64,000 bases of DNA from contig DAOTXW010000040.1 of the NCBI GenBank assembly GCA_034435035.1, forward strand, positions 83,144 to 147,143, in the 5' to 3' direction. Source of the DNA: Anaerolineae bacterium. GTDB lineage: Bacteria; Chloroflexota; Anaerolineae; Aggregatilineales; UBA3940. Position numbers and translations under genes: made by a program. The notes below the pieces were generated by a model. It made no database searches and was not told the origin of the DNA. It saw only the letters and a program-made list of their open reading frames with translations. This document shows positions 10,086-18,360 of this stretch, one piece after another. The number at the start of each line of letters is the position of its first letter. The first letter of the stretch is position 1.

Positions 10086-11483
10086 ATGCCAGGCCCACAA
10101 TTCCTCAGTGTACACTGTCACTACTACCAGCCGCCGCGCGGCAACCCATTCAGCTCGCGGCCGCTCATAGAAGCCGACGCGGCGCCGCACCCTAACTGGA
10201 ATGCCCGCATTACGGCTGAGTGCTACGAGCCCAATGGCGCGATAGGTAACTTCAGCGCAGTATCCTTCAACCTGGGCGAGACACTGGCCAGCTGGCTGGC
10301 TGAACATGCCCCGCAGACCTATCAATATTTTCTCAAGGCTGACGCGGACAACGTCAGCCGCTTCGGGGAGGGGAATGCCGTTGCCCAGCCGATGCATCAC
10401 ACGATCCTGCCTCTGTCACGCAGGCGCGACAAAGTAACGCAGGTGCGGTGGGGCAAGGCTTTCTTCAAGCATCGGTTTGGCAGGCAGTCAGCGGGTATCT
10501 GGCTGCCAGAGATGGCCTGCGATCTTGAGACTCTGGAAGTGCTGATCGAACAGGGAATTGAGTGGACCATTCTCACCGAGCGTCAGGTGATCGGCAAGCC
10601 GGCTGGTGCCGGGCCTTACTGGATCCGGCTGCCCGGTGGCCAGCGCATCAAGGTATTTGTTCGCGACGAGGGTTTGTCCAATGATATTGCGTTCAATCTG
10701 GGGCACTTTGGCGGCGCCGGGCGCTGGGCGCGCCAGGTGCTGGTGCCGCGCAAGCGCGATGCCGGCCCGCTGACCCTCATTGCCACGGATGGCGAAACCT
10801 TCGGCCATCACTGGCCAGGTGAAGAGCAGTTCCTGCACTGGCTCATGACCTACGAGGCCCGGGCTGCAGGCTATGAGACGACCACCCTGGGCCGCTACCT
10901 GAAACAGGTGGAACCGCATGCCGAAGTGGAACTGTGTGAGAATACCTCGTGGAGCTGCGGGCATGGACTGGCGCGCTGGTCAACAGGTTGCAGTTGCACG
11001 CCGGGTGATTCCACCTGGAAAGGGGCGCTGCGCCGCGCGCTGGATAACCTGCGTGCGGAAGTAGATACCATCTATCTCCGTGAGGCGCATAACCTGGACA
11101 TCGGCGATCCGGCTGAGCTGCGCGATGCTTATATTCGAGTTGTACTGGGGATCGTGCCGCGCGAGCAGTTCCTGAAGGAACAGGAGATTGACCTGCCAGC
11201 CGATCGAGGCGAGCGGCTTCTGAAGCTGGTCGAGGCGCAGTACTACCGCCAGGTGATGTATGCCAGCTGTGCCTTCTTCTACCCGGAGCTGGATGCGCTC
11301 TCCACGCGCTATGGCATCGCCAATGCCGCCAACACGATCCGCCTGACCCGCGAAGCCACCGGCGAAGACCTGACCCATGATTTCCGCCGCGATCTCGGCA
11401 TCGCTGCCGGCCCCGCCCGCAAATCGGGCGAGATGCTGACCGGTGCGGAGATCTTCGATGAGCTGGCAGGCGAGTTGATTTGA
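10086..11483 (+). CDS. GH57-family glycoside hydrolase (DUF3536-like, short form)
   Basis: HCHYYQPPRGNP, WNARITAECY, SFNLGETL, GIWLPEMA, ATDGETFGHH, SWSCGHGLARWSTGCSC. Confidence 0.85.
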   Translation: MPGPQFLSVHCHYYQPPRGNPFSSRPLIEADAAPHPNWNARITAECYEPNGAIGNFSAVSFNLGETLASWLAEHAPQTYQYFLKADADNVSRFGEGNAVAQPMHHTILPLSRRRDKVTQVRWGKAFFKHRFGRQSAGIWLPEMACDLETLEVLIEQGIEWTILTERQVIGKPAGAGPYWIRLPGGQRIKVFVRDEGLSNDIAFNLGHFGGAGRWARQVLVPRKRDAGPLTLIATDGETFGHHWPGEEQFLHWLMTYEARAAGYETTTLGRYLKQVEPHAEVELCENTSWSCGHGLARWSTGCSCTPGDSTWKGALRRALDNLRAEVDTIYLREAHNLDIGDPAELRDAYIRVVLGIVPREQFLKEQEIDLPADRGERLLKLVEAQYYRQVMYASCAFFYPELDALSTRYGIANAANTIRLTREATGEDLTHDFRRDLGIAAGPARKSGEMLTGAEIFDELAGELI

Positions 11484-11510
11484 TCGAAGGCCCTGCTTTG
11501 CCCGGTGAGA

Positions 11511-12401
11511 CTACCCACCAGGGCGGCGGAAGATCTGAAGCAGCGGGATGCGGGCCAGCAGCGGCGAATCGGCCACATCGTTCGGCCCCTGAGGCGCAAA
11601 CACCATCGTGTAGGGGTGTGTGAAGTCGATCGTCAGCGGGGCGCCATCGGATGGGTGGCGCCCCAGATCGGCGGGGCGAAGATGTGCATGGGGCGTAGGG
11701 GCAAGCCGATTATGCGCACCGCTTGCCAGCACGGTGAAATCCACAGGCGTCCATTGATCGCCCACATAGACGCCCAGAACCGTGTAGTAGGGCGTCCCAC
11801 TCATGAAGCCCGCGCGCCAGTCACTGTTGGCCCGGTGATAGACGGTGGGATCCTGGTAGTACATACCGAAAACCGCGACACGCTCACGAGGCACGCCGAG
11901 CATCAGCAGCAGGGTGGCGGCACTGAAACTGGCCGTCATGTGGTGTGGAAAGACCAGAGAGTCCCACGCCCGATGAATTTCGGCAACTGCGGCGAAGGCC
12001 ACCGGGGGCACGGTGGCGCCATGCTTCTGGCTGAGCGCCTCGGCCACGCGGCTGATCACGTCTCTGGCCCGTGTGCGTGCCTCGGGATGGGCAAGACTCG
12101 CCAGCCGGTGAATACGCCGCACGGCGTCCCAGATGTGCTGGTCGTTGTCGATCCGGCGCGGGCGGCCGGTATAGCTTTCGCCAAAGGCAGCGCGCGCCGC
12201 CAGATGCATGGCGGTAGTCGGCTCCCAGACATGGTAGTACAGCCCTGCTTCGTCCTCGACCGGCCAGTGTGCGACGACATAAGCATAGCGGTCGTCTGCG
12301 GGCCTCACCAGTACGGGGAAGTCAAGCTCTACCAGCCCTTTGGCGTGCAAATAGGCAACTCGACCGGTGTGAAGCGTCTGTTCGAGGAATCGGCGTGCCA
12401 T
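11511..12401 (-). CDS. Hypothetical protein, possibly a degenerate transglutaminase-like fold
   Basis: Long ORF; ATG at 12401 follows GAGGGA. The segment AATLLLMLGVPRERVAVF...YTVLGVYVGDQWTPVDFT resembles a transglutaminase-like core. Confidence 0.7.
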   Translation of the reverse strand: MARRFLEQTLHTGRVAYLHAKGLVELDFPVLVRPADDRYAYVVAHWPVEDEAGLYYHVWEPTTAMHLAARAAFGESYTGRPRRIDNDQHIWDAVRRIHRLASLAHPEARTRARDVISRVAEALSQKHGATVPPVAFAAVAEIHRAWDSLVFPHHMTASFSAATLLLMLGVPRERVAVFGMYYQDPTVYHRANSDWRAGFMSGTPYYTVLGVYVGDQWTPVDFTVLASGAHNRLAPTPHAHLRPADLGRHPSDGAPLTIDFTHPYTMVFAPQGPNDVADSPLLARIPLLQIFRRPGG

Positions 12402-12523
12402 GCAGGTTTCCCTCGGTGGCTTAATGCAGGTGCACGATTGGGTTCGCTGGTAGAGTGATGCTGCCCTCAATTGTATAGCAACCCTGGCGCCGGGAGAAAA
12501 GCGGCATGCAGGGGCCTGTCTAT

Positions 12524-14950
12524 TCAGGGAGCGCCGTATAGTGTGCGGTACATAGCGTAGTGCTCGTAGATGCGCTCGACATAGGTGCGCGGCTCGCTCA
12601 GGCTGATGGACTCAACGAACAGATCCGGGTCCCCGGCAGAAGCCTCAACCCAACTGGCGGTGCTTCCGGGCCCGGCATTGTAGGCGGTCAGGGCGGCAAA
12701 TGGGTCCTGGTCGAAGCGGTCAAGCTCATCACGGAGCAGCCAGGTGCCGAACGCCACGCTGACCACAGGGCGCTGCAGGTCAGAGGGCTGGTAGCCCGGC
12801 CAGCTCAGGCGAGCGGCAATGTCCTCCCCGGTGGGCGGCCATATCTGCATCAGACCTTGCGCCGACGCTGAAGATACGGCGAAACCCTCGAAGAGGCTTT
12901 CCTGCCAGATCAGCGCGTACACCCACAGCGGATCAAGCCCGTACCGCTCTGAGTCGGCGATCACCAGATCGGAGAAGTAGGTCGGGTAATACAGGCGTGC
13001 CAGAAAAGGCGGCGCTTCCAGGGAGGTGACGTCAGCCAGCTGCATCACACGACCGGCTGCCAGCAGCGATGAGCGGTAGAGGCCCATATCGCGGTAGAAG
13101 ATTGCCAGCTGATACAGGGCCAGCGGATCGTCCTGATGGTCGCGGCGCAACGCCTCCAGCTGGCTGCGGGCTTCCGCGGTCTGCCCCAGTTCCCACAGTT
13201 CGCGCCCGCGCAGCATCCGGTTATCGGTGGCGAGATCGGCGCGCAGGCTTTCGGCCAATGGAGGCTGCTCTGAAAGCGCGAATGTCTGTACGAGCCATGC
13301 TTCAGCTTCTTCGCGGCCCTCGTCCAGATCGGTAGGGAGCAGGAAGCCGGCGGGAGGGGCAAAGGGCTCGGTGCCATTGATCTGATCGCGCGCCCTGAGG
13401 GCGTAGAAGCGTGTGCCATCGGCGGTAAGAGCGCTGTTGAAGGCGACAGCGGCCTGCTCGCTGTTGCCAGCTGCCTGCAGAATCCTGCCAAGCCAGTAGT
13501 AGCTGGCGGCGGGGCGTTCATTCGCCGGCTGGGCTGCTGCCGTGTTCAGCAGCGTTTGCGCGGTCTCCATATCCCCGGCGCGATAGCTGTCCAGGGCGGC
13601 CTGGAATAGCAGTCGTGCCCCCCGGGCGTCTGTCGGGTATTCTGTGGCCAGCCGTTGGCCGTAAGCAGCCATGCGGGCCGTATCCCCGAGCGATTCCGCC
13701 AAGAGAGCAGCTGCAGAGAGCGCATCGGGCGCCTGAGCCAGCTCCGGATTTTCGGCAACAAAGGCATCATATGCGGCAAAAGCGAGGTCTATGCTGCCTG
13801 CGGCGGCGTAAGCATCGGCCAGCTCCAGATGGGCATCGGCCCATGCCTCACCGTCTTCGAGTCCGAAGCGCCGGATCATGCCCTGCAGCTCGCTGATTGC
13901 AGCCTGGACATTCCCCAGCTGCCGGTAGGAGCGTGCGATGAAAAGATGTACATCAGGCGGGTAGTCAATCGGTGTGCTGGCAAGATAGTTGTAGAATGCC
14001 TCCAGGGCGATGTCATACTGGCCCTGATTGTAGTTCACCAGGCCTCGCTGAAACTGATCAACCGGGTATCCGGCCTCCAGCAGGGCGCGCAGGGCGCTGA
14101 GAGCCTCGAAGCTCTCCGGATAGGCCATGAACACGAGGGTAAGCTGCTCGTAGCCAGCCTCAACCTGGCCTGCTTCCAGATACGTCTGCCCGATGGCGAA
14201 CTCAATGCTGGCGCGGTAGGGTGCATTGTCGGCTACCGCCAGGATTGCCTGATACTGACCGATCGCCAGATCGGTGCTTCTCAGAGAACGGAAGATGGCG
14301 GCGACTTTCTCCCGCAGCTGCAGGTGGCTTACTATATCGCGCTCTGCCAAAATGGCCTGATCATAGGCAGTCAGAGCGGCCTCAGTTTGGCCCAGCGCCA
14401 GGTTGGCGTCAGCAATGCGCTCGTATACAAAGCTGTCAATGAGGCCCGGCCGCAGGCTCAGGTAGGTCTGGTAATCCGTGATGGCGCCAGCCCAATCCGC
14501 CAGGCCCAGCTTCGCTTCACCGCGCAGGAAATATGCCTGAGCGGCCTTCGGATGATCGGGGAACTGGGCCAGCAGAGCGTCCAGAGCGGCGCGGGCTGAG
14601 CCGAAGTCCCCTCGCCGGAGCGAGGCCAGGGCCAGGCCAAGATAAGCGCGCACCGATTCGTCAGGCGAGGTTGCAGCACTGGCAACGATAACCTCAAATG
14701 TCTCCATAGCTGCATCCCAGTCTCCATTCGACAGGCTGCGCTCAGCTGCCGCCAGTATCTCCGCCGGGATCGGGGTGGAGGTAGGGGGCACGGTCGGAGT
14801 AGGGGTCACTGCAGGAGCGGCCAGGGAAGGAGGAATGCGGGTGGCAAGCGGGATGGGAAGACCGGATCCTGCTCCGTCGCAAGCTGCCAGAGCCAGGCTC
14901 ACAGCCAGTGCTGCGACGGAATGCAGCGTCACGTCCTGAAGTCGGTTCAT
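12524..14950 (-). CDS. Lipoprotein with TPR repeats and a C-terminal SLT lytic transglycosylase domain
   Basis: Lipobox LALAAC after the start at 14950, a TPTPT linker and many TPR helices. SLT motifs: WQESLF (catalytic Glu), AQGLMQI, AYNAGPG, EPRTYV. Confidence 0.92.
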   Translation of the reverse strand: MNRLQDVTLHSVAALAVSLALAACDGAGSGLPIPLATRIPPSLAAPAVTPTPTVPPTSTPIPAEILAAAERSLSNGDWDAAMETFEVIVASAATSPDESVRAYLGLALASLRRGDFGSARAALDALLAQFPDHPKAAQAYFLRGEAKLGLADWAGAITDYQTYLSLRPGLIDSFVYERIADANLALGQTEAALTAYDQAILAERDIVSHLQLREKVAAIFRSLRSTDLAIGQYQAILAVADNAPYRASIEFAIGQTYLEAGQVEAGYEQLTLVFMAYPESFEALSALRALLEAGYPVDQFQRGLVNYNQGQYDIALEAFYNYLASTPIDYPPDVHLFIARSYRQLGNVQAAISELQGMIRRFGLEDGEAWADAHLELADAYAAAGSIDLAFAAYDAFVAENPELAQAPDALSAAALLAESLGDTARMAAYGQRLATEYPTDARGARLLFQAALDSYRAGDMETAQTLLNTAAAQPANERPAASYYWLGRILQAAGNSEQAAVAFNSALTADGTRFYALRARDQINGTEPFAPPAGFLLPTDLDEGREEAEAWLVQTFALSEQPPLAESLRADLATDNRMLRGRELWELGQTAEARSQLEALRRDHQDDPLALYQLAIFYRDMGLYRSSLLAAGRVMQLADVTSLEAPPFLARLYYPTYFSDLVIADSERYGLDPLWVYALIWQESLFEGFAVSSASAQGLMQIWPPTGEDIAARLSWPGYQPSDLQRPVVSVAFGTWLLRDELDRFDQDPFAALTAYNAGPGSTASWVEASAGDPDLFVESISLSEPRTYVERIYEHYAMYRTLYGAP

Positions 14951-14957
14951 GCGGCAG

Positions 14958-15007
14958 ATTATGTCGGGGCGTTTGGTGCTTGTCAAACGCTCTTGGCATG
15001 ATACTAT
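14958..15007. promoter_or_regulatory. Overlapping divergent sigma70-type promoters (SLT gene and pfkB-like gene)
   Basis: Minus strand: TTGACA (14986-14981), 17 nt, CATAAT (14963-14958). Plus strand: TTGTCA (14980-14985), 16 nt, with TGa-TACTAT (14999-15007). Confidence 0.55.
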
Positions 15008-15043
15008 CACCCAGGTCAGCCACATGGATCCACAGGAGCTTCT

Positions 15044-15967
15044 ATGATGCCGCCTGCTTTTGACGTGCTGAGCTACGGGACGATAGGCGCCGATCTGGTG
15101 CTGGAGGTGCCCCATTGGCCAACGCCGGATTCCGGCACCCATGCACGCAGCCGGGGCCTGCACCCCGGCGGCAAGGCCACCAACACCGGATCGCTGCTGG
15201 CGCGCTGGGGGCTTCGGGTGGCGGTGAGCGGCACGGTCATCGGCGATGACGAGATGGGCAACCGCCTGGTAACGATGCTGGAGCAGGTTCCGGGCCTGAG
15301 CCTTGACTATCTGGAGCGGCGGCCCGGGCTGGACAGTATGTATTGCTGTGTGCTGGTCAGGCTGGATGGCGAGCGCGCTATCATCGGCGTGAATGCCGAT
15401 GAAGTGCCGTACACATTACCCTCGCGCGCAATGATCGAGAACACGCATGTTTTGACTCTCGATCTTTATGGCGGCGCTGAGCGCGTCGAGATTGCACGGC
15501 TGGCGCATGCGCAGGAGAAGCCGGTGGTGGTGGGTGATGTCCGCTCACCGGAGCACCCGGTACTTCTCTATGCGACCATTGCGCTGGCTTCGGCAGCGGA
15601 GCTGCGTCAATCCTACCCGGGCCGTCCTGCGGCGGAATTTGCTGCAGCCGTGCTCAGCCGTGGGCCTGCCTGCGTCATGGTAACGGCGGCTGCCGGCCCG
15701 GTGCAGGTATTCAGCCGCAGCGGCGGGGTGTCCATTCTGCCGCCAGCAGTGCAAGTCGTTGACACAACCGGGGCAGGGGATGCTTTCCGGGCAGGCGTGG
15801 TCTATGGTATACGTCATGGGTGGCCGCTCGAAGAGTGCGCAGCCTTCGGTACCGCGGCGGGTTCACTGAAGACCCGGGTTCTGGGAGCCGCCAGCGGCCC
15901 ATGGGATGTGGAGGATGTGCGGTCTCTGGCTGCCAGCCTGACTCGTACTAAGTTCAACTGGCCCTGA
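15044..15967 (+). CDS. PfkB/ribokinase-family carbohydrate kinase
   Basis: PGGKATNTG, GTVIGDDEMG, VVDTTGAGDAFRAG signature. Confidence 0.92.
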   Translation: MMPPAFDVLSYGTIGADLVLEVPHWPTPDSGTHARSRGLHPGGKATNTGSLLARWGLRVAVSGTVIGDDEMGNRLVTMLEQVPGLSLDYLERRPGLDSMYCCVLVRLDGERAIIGVNADEVPYTLPSRAMIENTHVLTLDLYGGAERVEIARLAHAQEKPVVVGDVRSPEHPVLLYATIALASAAELRQSYPGRPAAEFAAAVLSRGPACVMVTAAAGPVQVFSRSGGVSILPPAVQVVDTTGAGDAFRAGVVYGIRHGWPLEECAAFGTAAGSLKTRVLGAASGPWDVEDVRSLAASLTRTKFNWP

Positions 15968-16095
15968 GATCGGATCTCAGTCCACGCAGGAACCCCACCA
16001 GGGAAGCGTGGTTTATCATGAAGCGGAGGTGCCCCGGCAGGGAGTGTCGCGAGCTCCCCTGGCGTCGGCAGCCAGTGCAGTCCGCCGCCCTATCA

Positions 16096-16476
16096 CTATC
16101 CGCGATCGGGGACCAGCATCTCGCGAACTTTGGCGATCAGATCGCTATGTAGAATCGGCTTGGATAAGTAGTCATCGGCGCCCGCGTTCATTCCTCGCTC
16201 AACCGATTCGGGGTCGCCGCGCGCGGACAGGATGAGTATCGGAGTCTCCCGGGTAGCACCTGCTGCTCGGATCTGGCGGCACAGTTCGATGCCGTCAATA
16301 CCCGGCATCATCACATCCAGGATAATCATATCCGGTGTAATGCTGCGGAGGTGGTTGAGCGCCTCATAGGCATCCTGCGCCTTGACGACCTCGAAGCCGC
16401 CGCGCTCAAGCATGATGCCGATCAATGTGAGCGCGCCAACCTCATCATCTACCACCATGATCCGATTCTTGTCCAT
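16096..16476 (-). CDS. Single-domain response regulator (receiver only)
   Basis: VVDDE, IILDVMMPGIDG (phospho-Asp), ILILSA, GADDYLSKP; no output domain and no adjacent kinase. Confidence 0.93.
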   Translation of the reverse strand: MDKNRIMVVDDEVGALTLIGIMLERGGFEVVKAQDAYEALNHLRSITPDMIILDVMMPGIDGIELCRQIRAAGATRETPILILSARGDPESVERGMNAGADDYLSKPILHSDLIAKVREMLVPDRG

Positions 16477-16747
16477 GGCTGTGGTCGCTCCCTAGCCGTT
16501 GGAGAGCCGCATGTCAGTACTTTCGACAGACATTGCACTTGATGACAGTCTACAACAACTGGCGGCTTTTGCAAACGTCTGCCTCAGAAGCGGTGAGGAA
16601 TGACCACCCTGAGCCCGATAGTGGCACAGCAATGTGACATCCAGCATTAGATACGTCATGTGCCAGGTGGCTGTGAAACCCTCCCTAGTGTAGCACAATT
16701 CTGGATGCTGCAAGCGAATGTGCCTGCCAGCTGTGCGGTGAAGCGGA

Positions 16748-16777
16748 TTGATGGTGCTCGAAGGCGCCTGTTATAAT
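16748..16777 (+). promoter_or_regulatory. Sigma70-type promoter for the PPC lipoprotein pair
   Basis: TTGATG, 18 nt, TATAAT with a TGn extension (tgttataat at 16769-16777). Confidence 0.55.
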
Positions 16778-16799
16778 ACGCGCGTGCCGATGCTGAGAG

Positions 16800-18332
16800 A
16801 TGACACGATCGCACATGTTCGACAACCATCCAACCCGCTTCCGCCAGCCCCTCATGAGCAGACAGCCTCTTTCATGGGGGCTGGCTGTGCTGGGAGGAAT
16901 GCTCCTCCTCTCGGCGTGCCAGCGTGAGGGGCTGCAGCCTCTCTCCGCGCCGACAGACTCCGGGCTGGCCGGCGGTGGGGCGGATGTATCTCTGGCGGCT
17001 GCCACGCCGCAGCCTATTCTGCCCGATGCCAGTCCGACCCCGGCCAATGCCGTGGGGGCAGTGCTTGCCGAGCAGACGATCGCCCTCAATGCGGCGGACA
17101 ACGCGCCTGTGGCTCTACCCTTCACCGGCAGTACGGGCCAGGTGATCCGCGTGGACCTGGCGCTGAGCCCCCCTGACGCTGAGTGTGATCTGCGAGTCAT
17201 CGATAAGTTTGGCAGTGTGCTTGCCGAGGCATCTGGCCGTGCGGGGCAGCCTCCTCCTCAGGTGGCCGAGCTGGCCCTGCCCTATGACGGCACCTACCGA
17301 GTCGAGGCAGCCGTGCTGTCCGGCCAGGCATCGGCAACCGTCCGCGTCAGCCAGGGCGGCCCTGCCAGCGGAGGTGGCTCATATGGAGGGCTTCCCATCT
17401 ATGCTTCGGCCCGGCTTTCCAGCGCAGGCGTCTACCACGTATACCAGTTCGATCTGGCGGTCGGACGGACGGTCACCCTTTCTGCGGTCTCAGCAGATGC
17501 ATCGCCTGGCGTGCTGGACCTGCGGCTGTTTGGGCCGGATGGTCGGCTCTCGGCCCACAGCACCGAAGGAATGGTGAGCGGATATGTCGCTGCCGAGTCG
17601 GGCATACACACGGCCCTGATCGGACTCACTCGCCCGGGCAGCGTTCCTTACGTGTTCAAGGTGGTGCAGGATGATGTTCCGCCAACGCCGGTTGGCCCGG
17701 CGGATGTGGTGCTGAACCAGACGTACCCGGTTTCGCTCGTTGAGGGAAGCAACCTGATCGTCGCGTTCGATGGATCCCGTGGCGAGACGCTGCGGATTGC
17801 GGTTTTCGATATGCCGCGCGATCTCGGTGTCGATCTGTACCTGCGCAGCCCGTTTGATCAGACGATTGCGTTTGCCACAGGTACCCCTGCAGAGCAGGAG
17901 ACAGCTATTCGCGAGATACAGCTCCCCTATACAGGGCAGTATCACCTTGAGATGCGCCCGCGCGGGTCCGGCACAGCCGCGTTTGCGTTGACACGCCTGC
18001 CGGCTGAAGCCTTGACCGGCGGCGGTTATTTCGGCGAGGCGGCGACAGGCCGGCGTTCCGGTGCTTTTACATCGGGTCAGATCTATCATGTCTATCAGTT
18101 TTTGCTCACCCGCCCGGCGGCAGTCAGCCTGACTCTCACTTCCGGGCCGCGGTTAGACGCAGTGATGGTACTCCTCTCCCCGGATGGCAGGCAGATCGCG
18201 CTTCGAGCTACAGACAACCGGGGTGATGCGCAGCTGGAAGAAAACCTCCGGCAGACGGGAACCTACACCGTGATGGTCTATTCCCCTTCAGGCGCAACAG
18301 GAGCCTATGAGTTTGCCTATCTTCGCCGCTGA
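16800..18332 (+). CDS. Lipoprotein with repeated PPC-like (pre-peptidase C-terminal) beta domains
   Basis: Lipobox LLLSAC; repeats of the type FxGxxGQxIRV...DLRVID.FG..LA...LPYDGTYRV. Start may be 16815 or 16854. Confidence 0.75.
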   Translation: MTRSHMFDNHPTRFRQPLMSRQPLSWGLAVLGGMLLLSACQREGLQPLSAPTDSGLAGGGADVSLAAATPQPILPDASPTPANAVGAVLAEQTIALNAADNAPVALPFTGSTGQVIRVDLALSPPDAECDLRVIDKFGSVLAEASGRAGQPPPQVAELALPYDGTYRVEAAVLSGQASATVRVSQGGPASGGGSYGGLPIYASARLSSAGVYHVYQFDLAVGRTVTLSAVSADASPGVLDLRLFGPDGRLSAHSTEGMVSGYVAAESGIHTALIGLTRPGSVPYVFKVVQDDVPPTPVGPADVVLNQTYPVSLVEGSNLIVAFDGSRGETLRIAVFDMPRDLGVDLYLRSPFDQTIAFATGTPAEQETAIREIQLPYTGQYHLEMRPRGSGTAAFALTRLPAEALTGGGYFGEAATGRRSGAFTSGQIYHVYQFLLTRPAAVSLTLTSGPRLDAVMVLLSPDGRQIALRATDNRGDAQLEENLRQTGTYTVMVYSPSGATGAYEFAYLRR

Positions 18333-18360
18333 GGCGCAGCCCCGAAAGGGGGTGCACCGT

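Noticed and set aside
16477-16747. Possible riboswitch (for example c-di-GMP) upstream of the response regulator or PPC genes
   Set aside because: Only short scattered inverted repeats (tggcaca/tgtgcca, catccag/ctggatg, cctca/tgagg); no riboswitch consensus recognised.
18307-18360. Apparent 26-nt overlap between the two PPC lipoprotein genes
   Set aside because: It disappears with the GTG start at 18361, which has an RBS and yields a normal lipoprotein signal.
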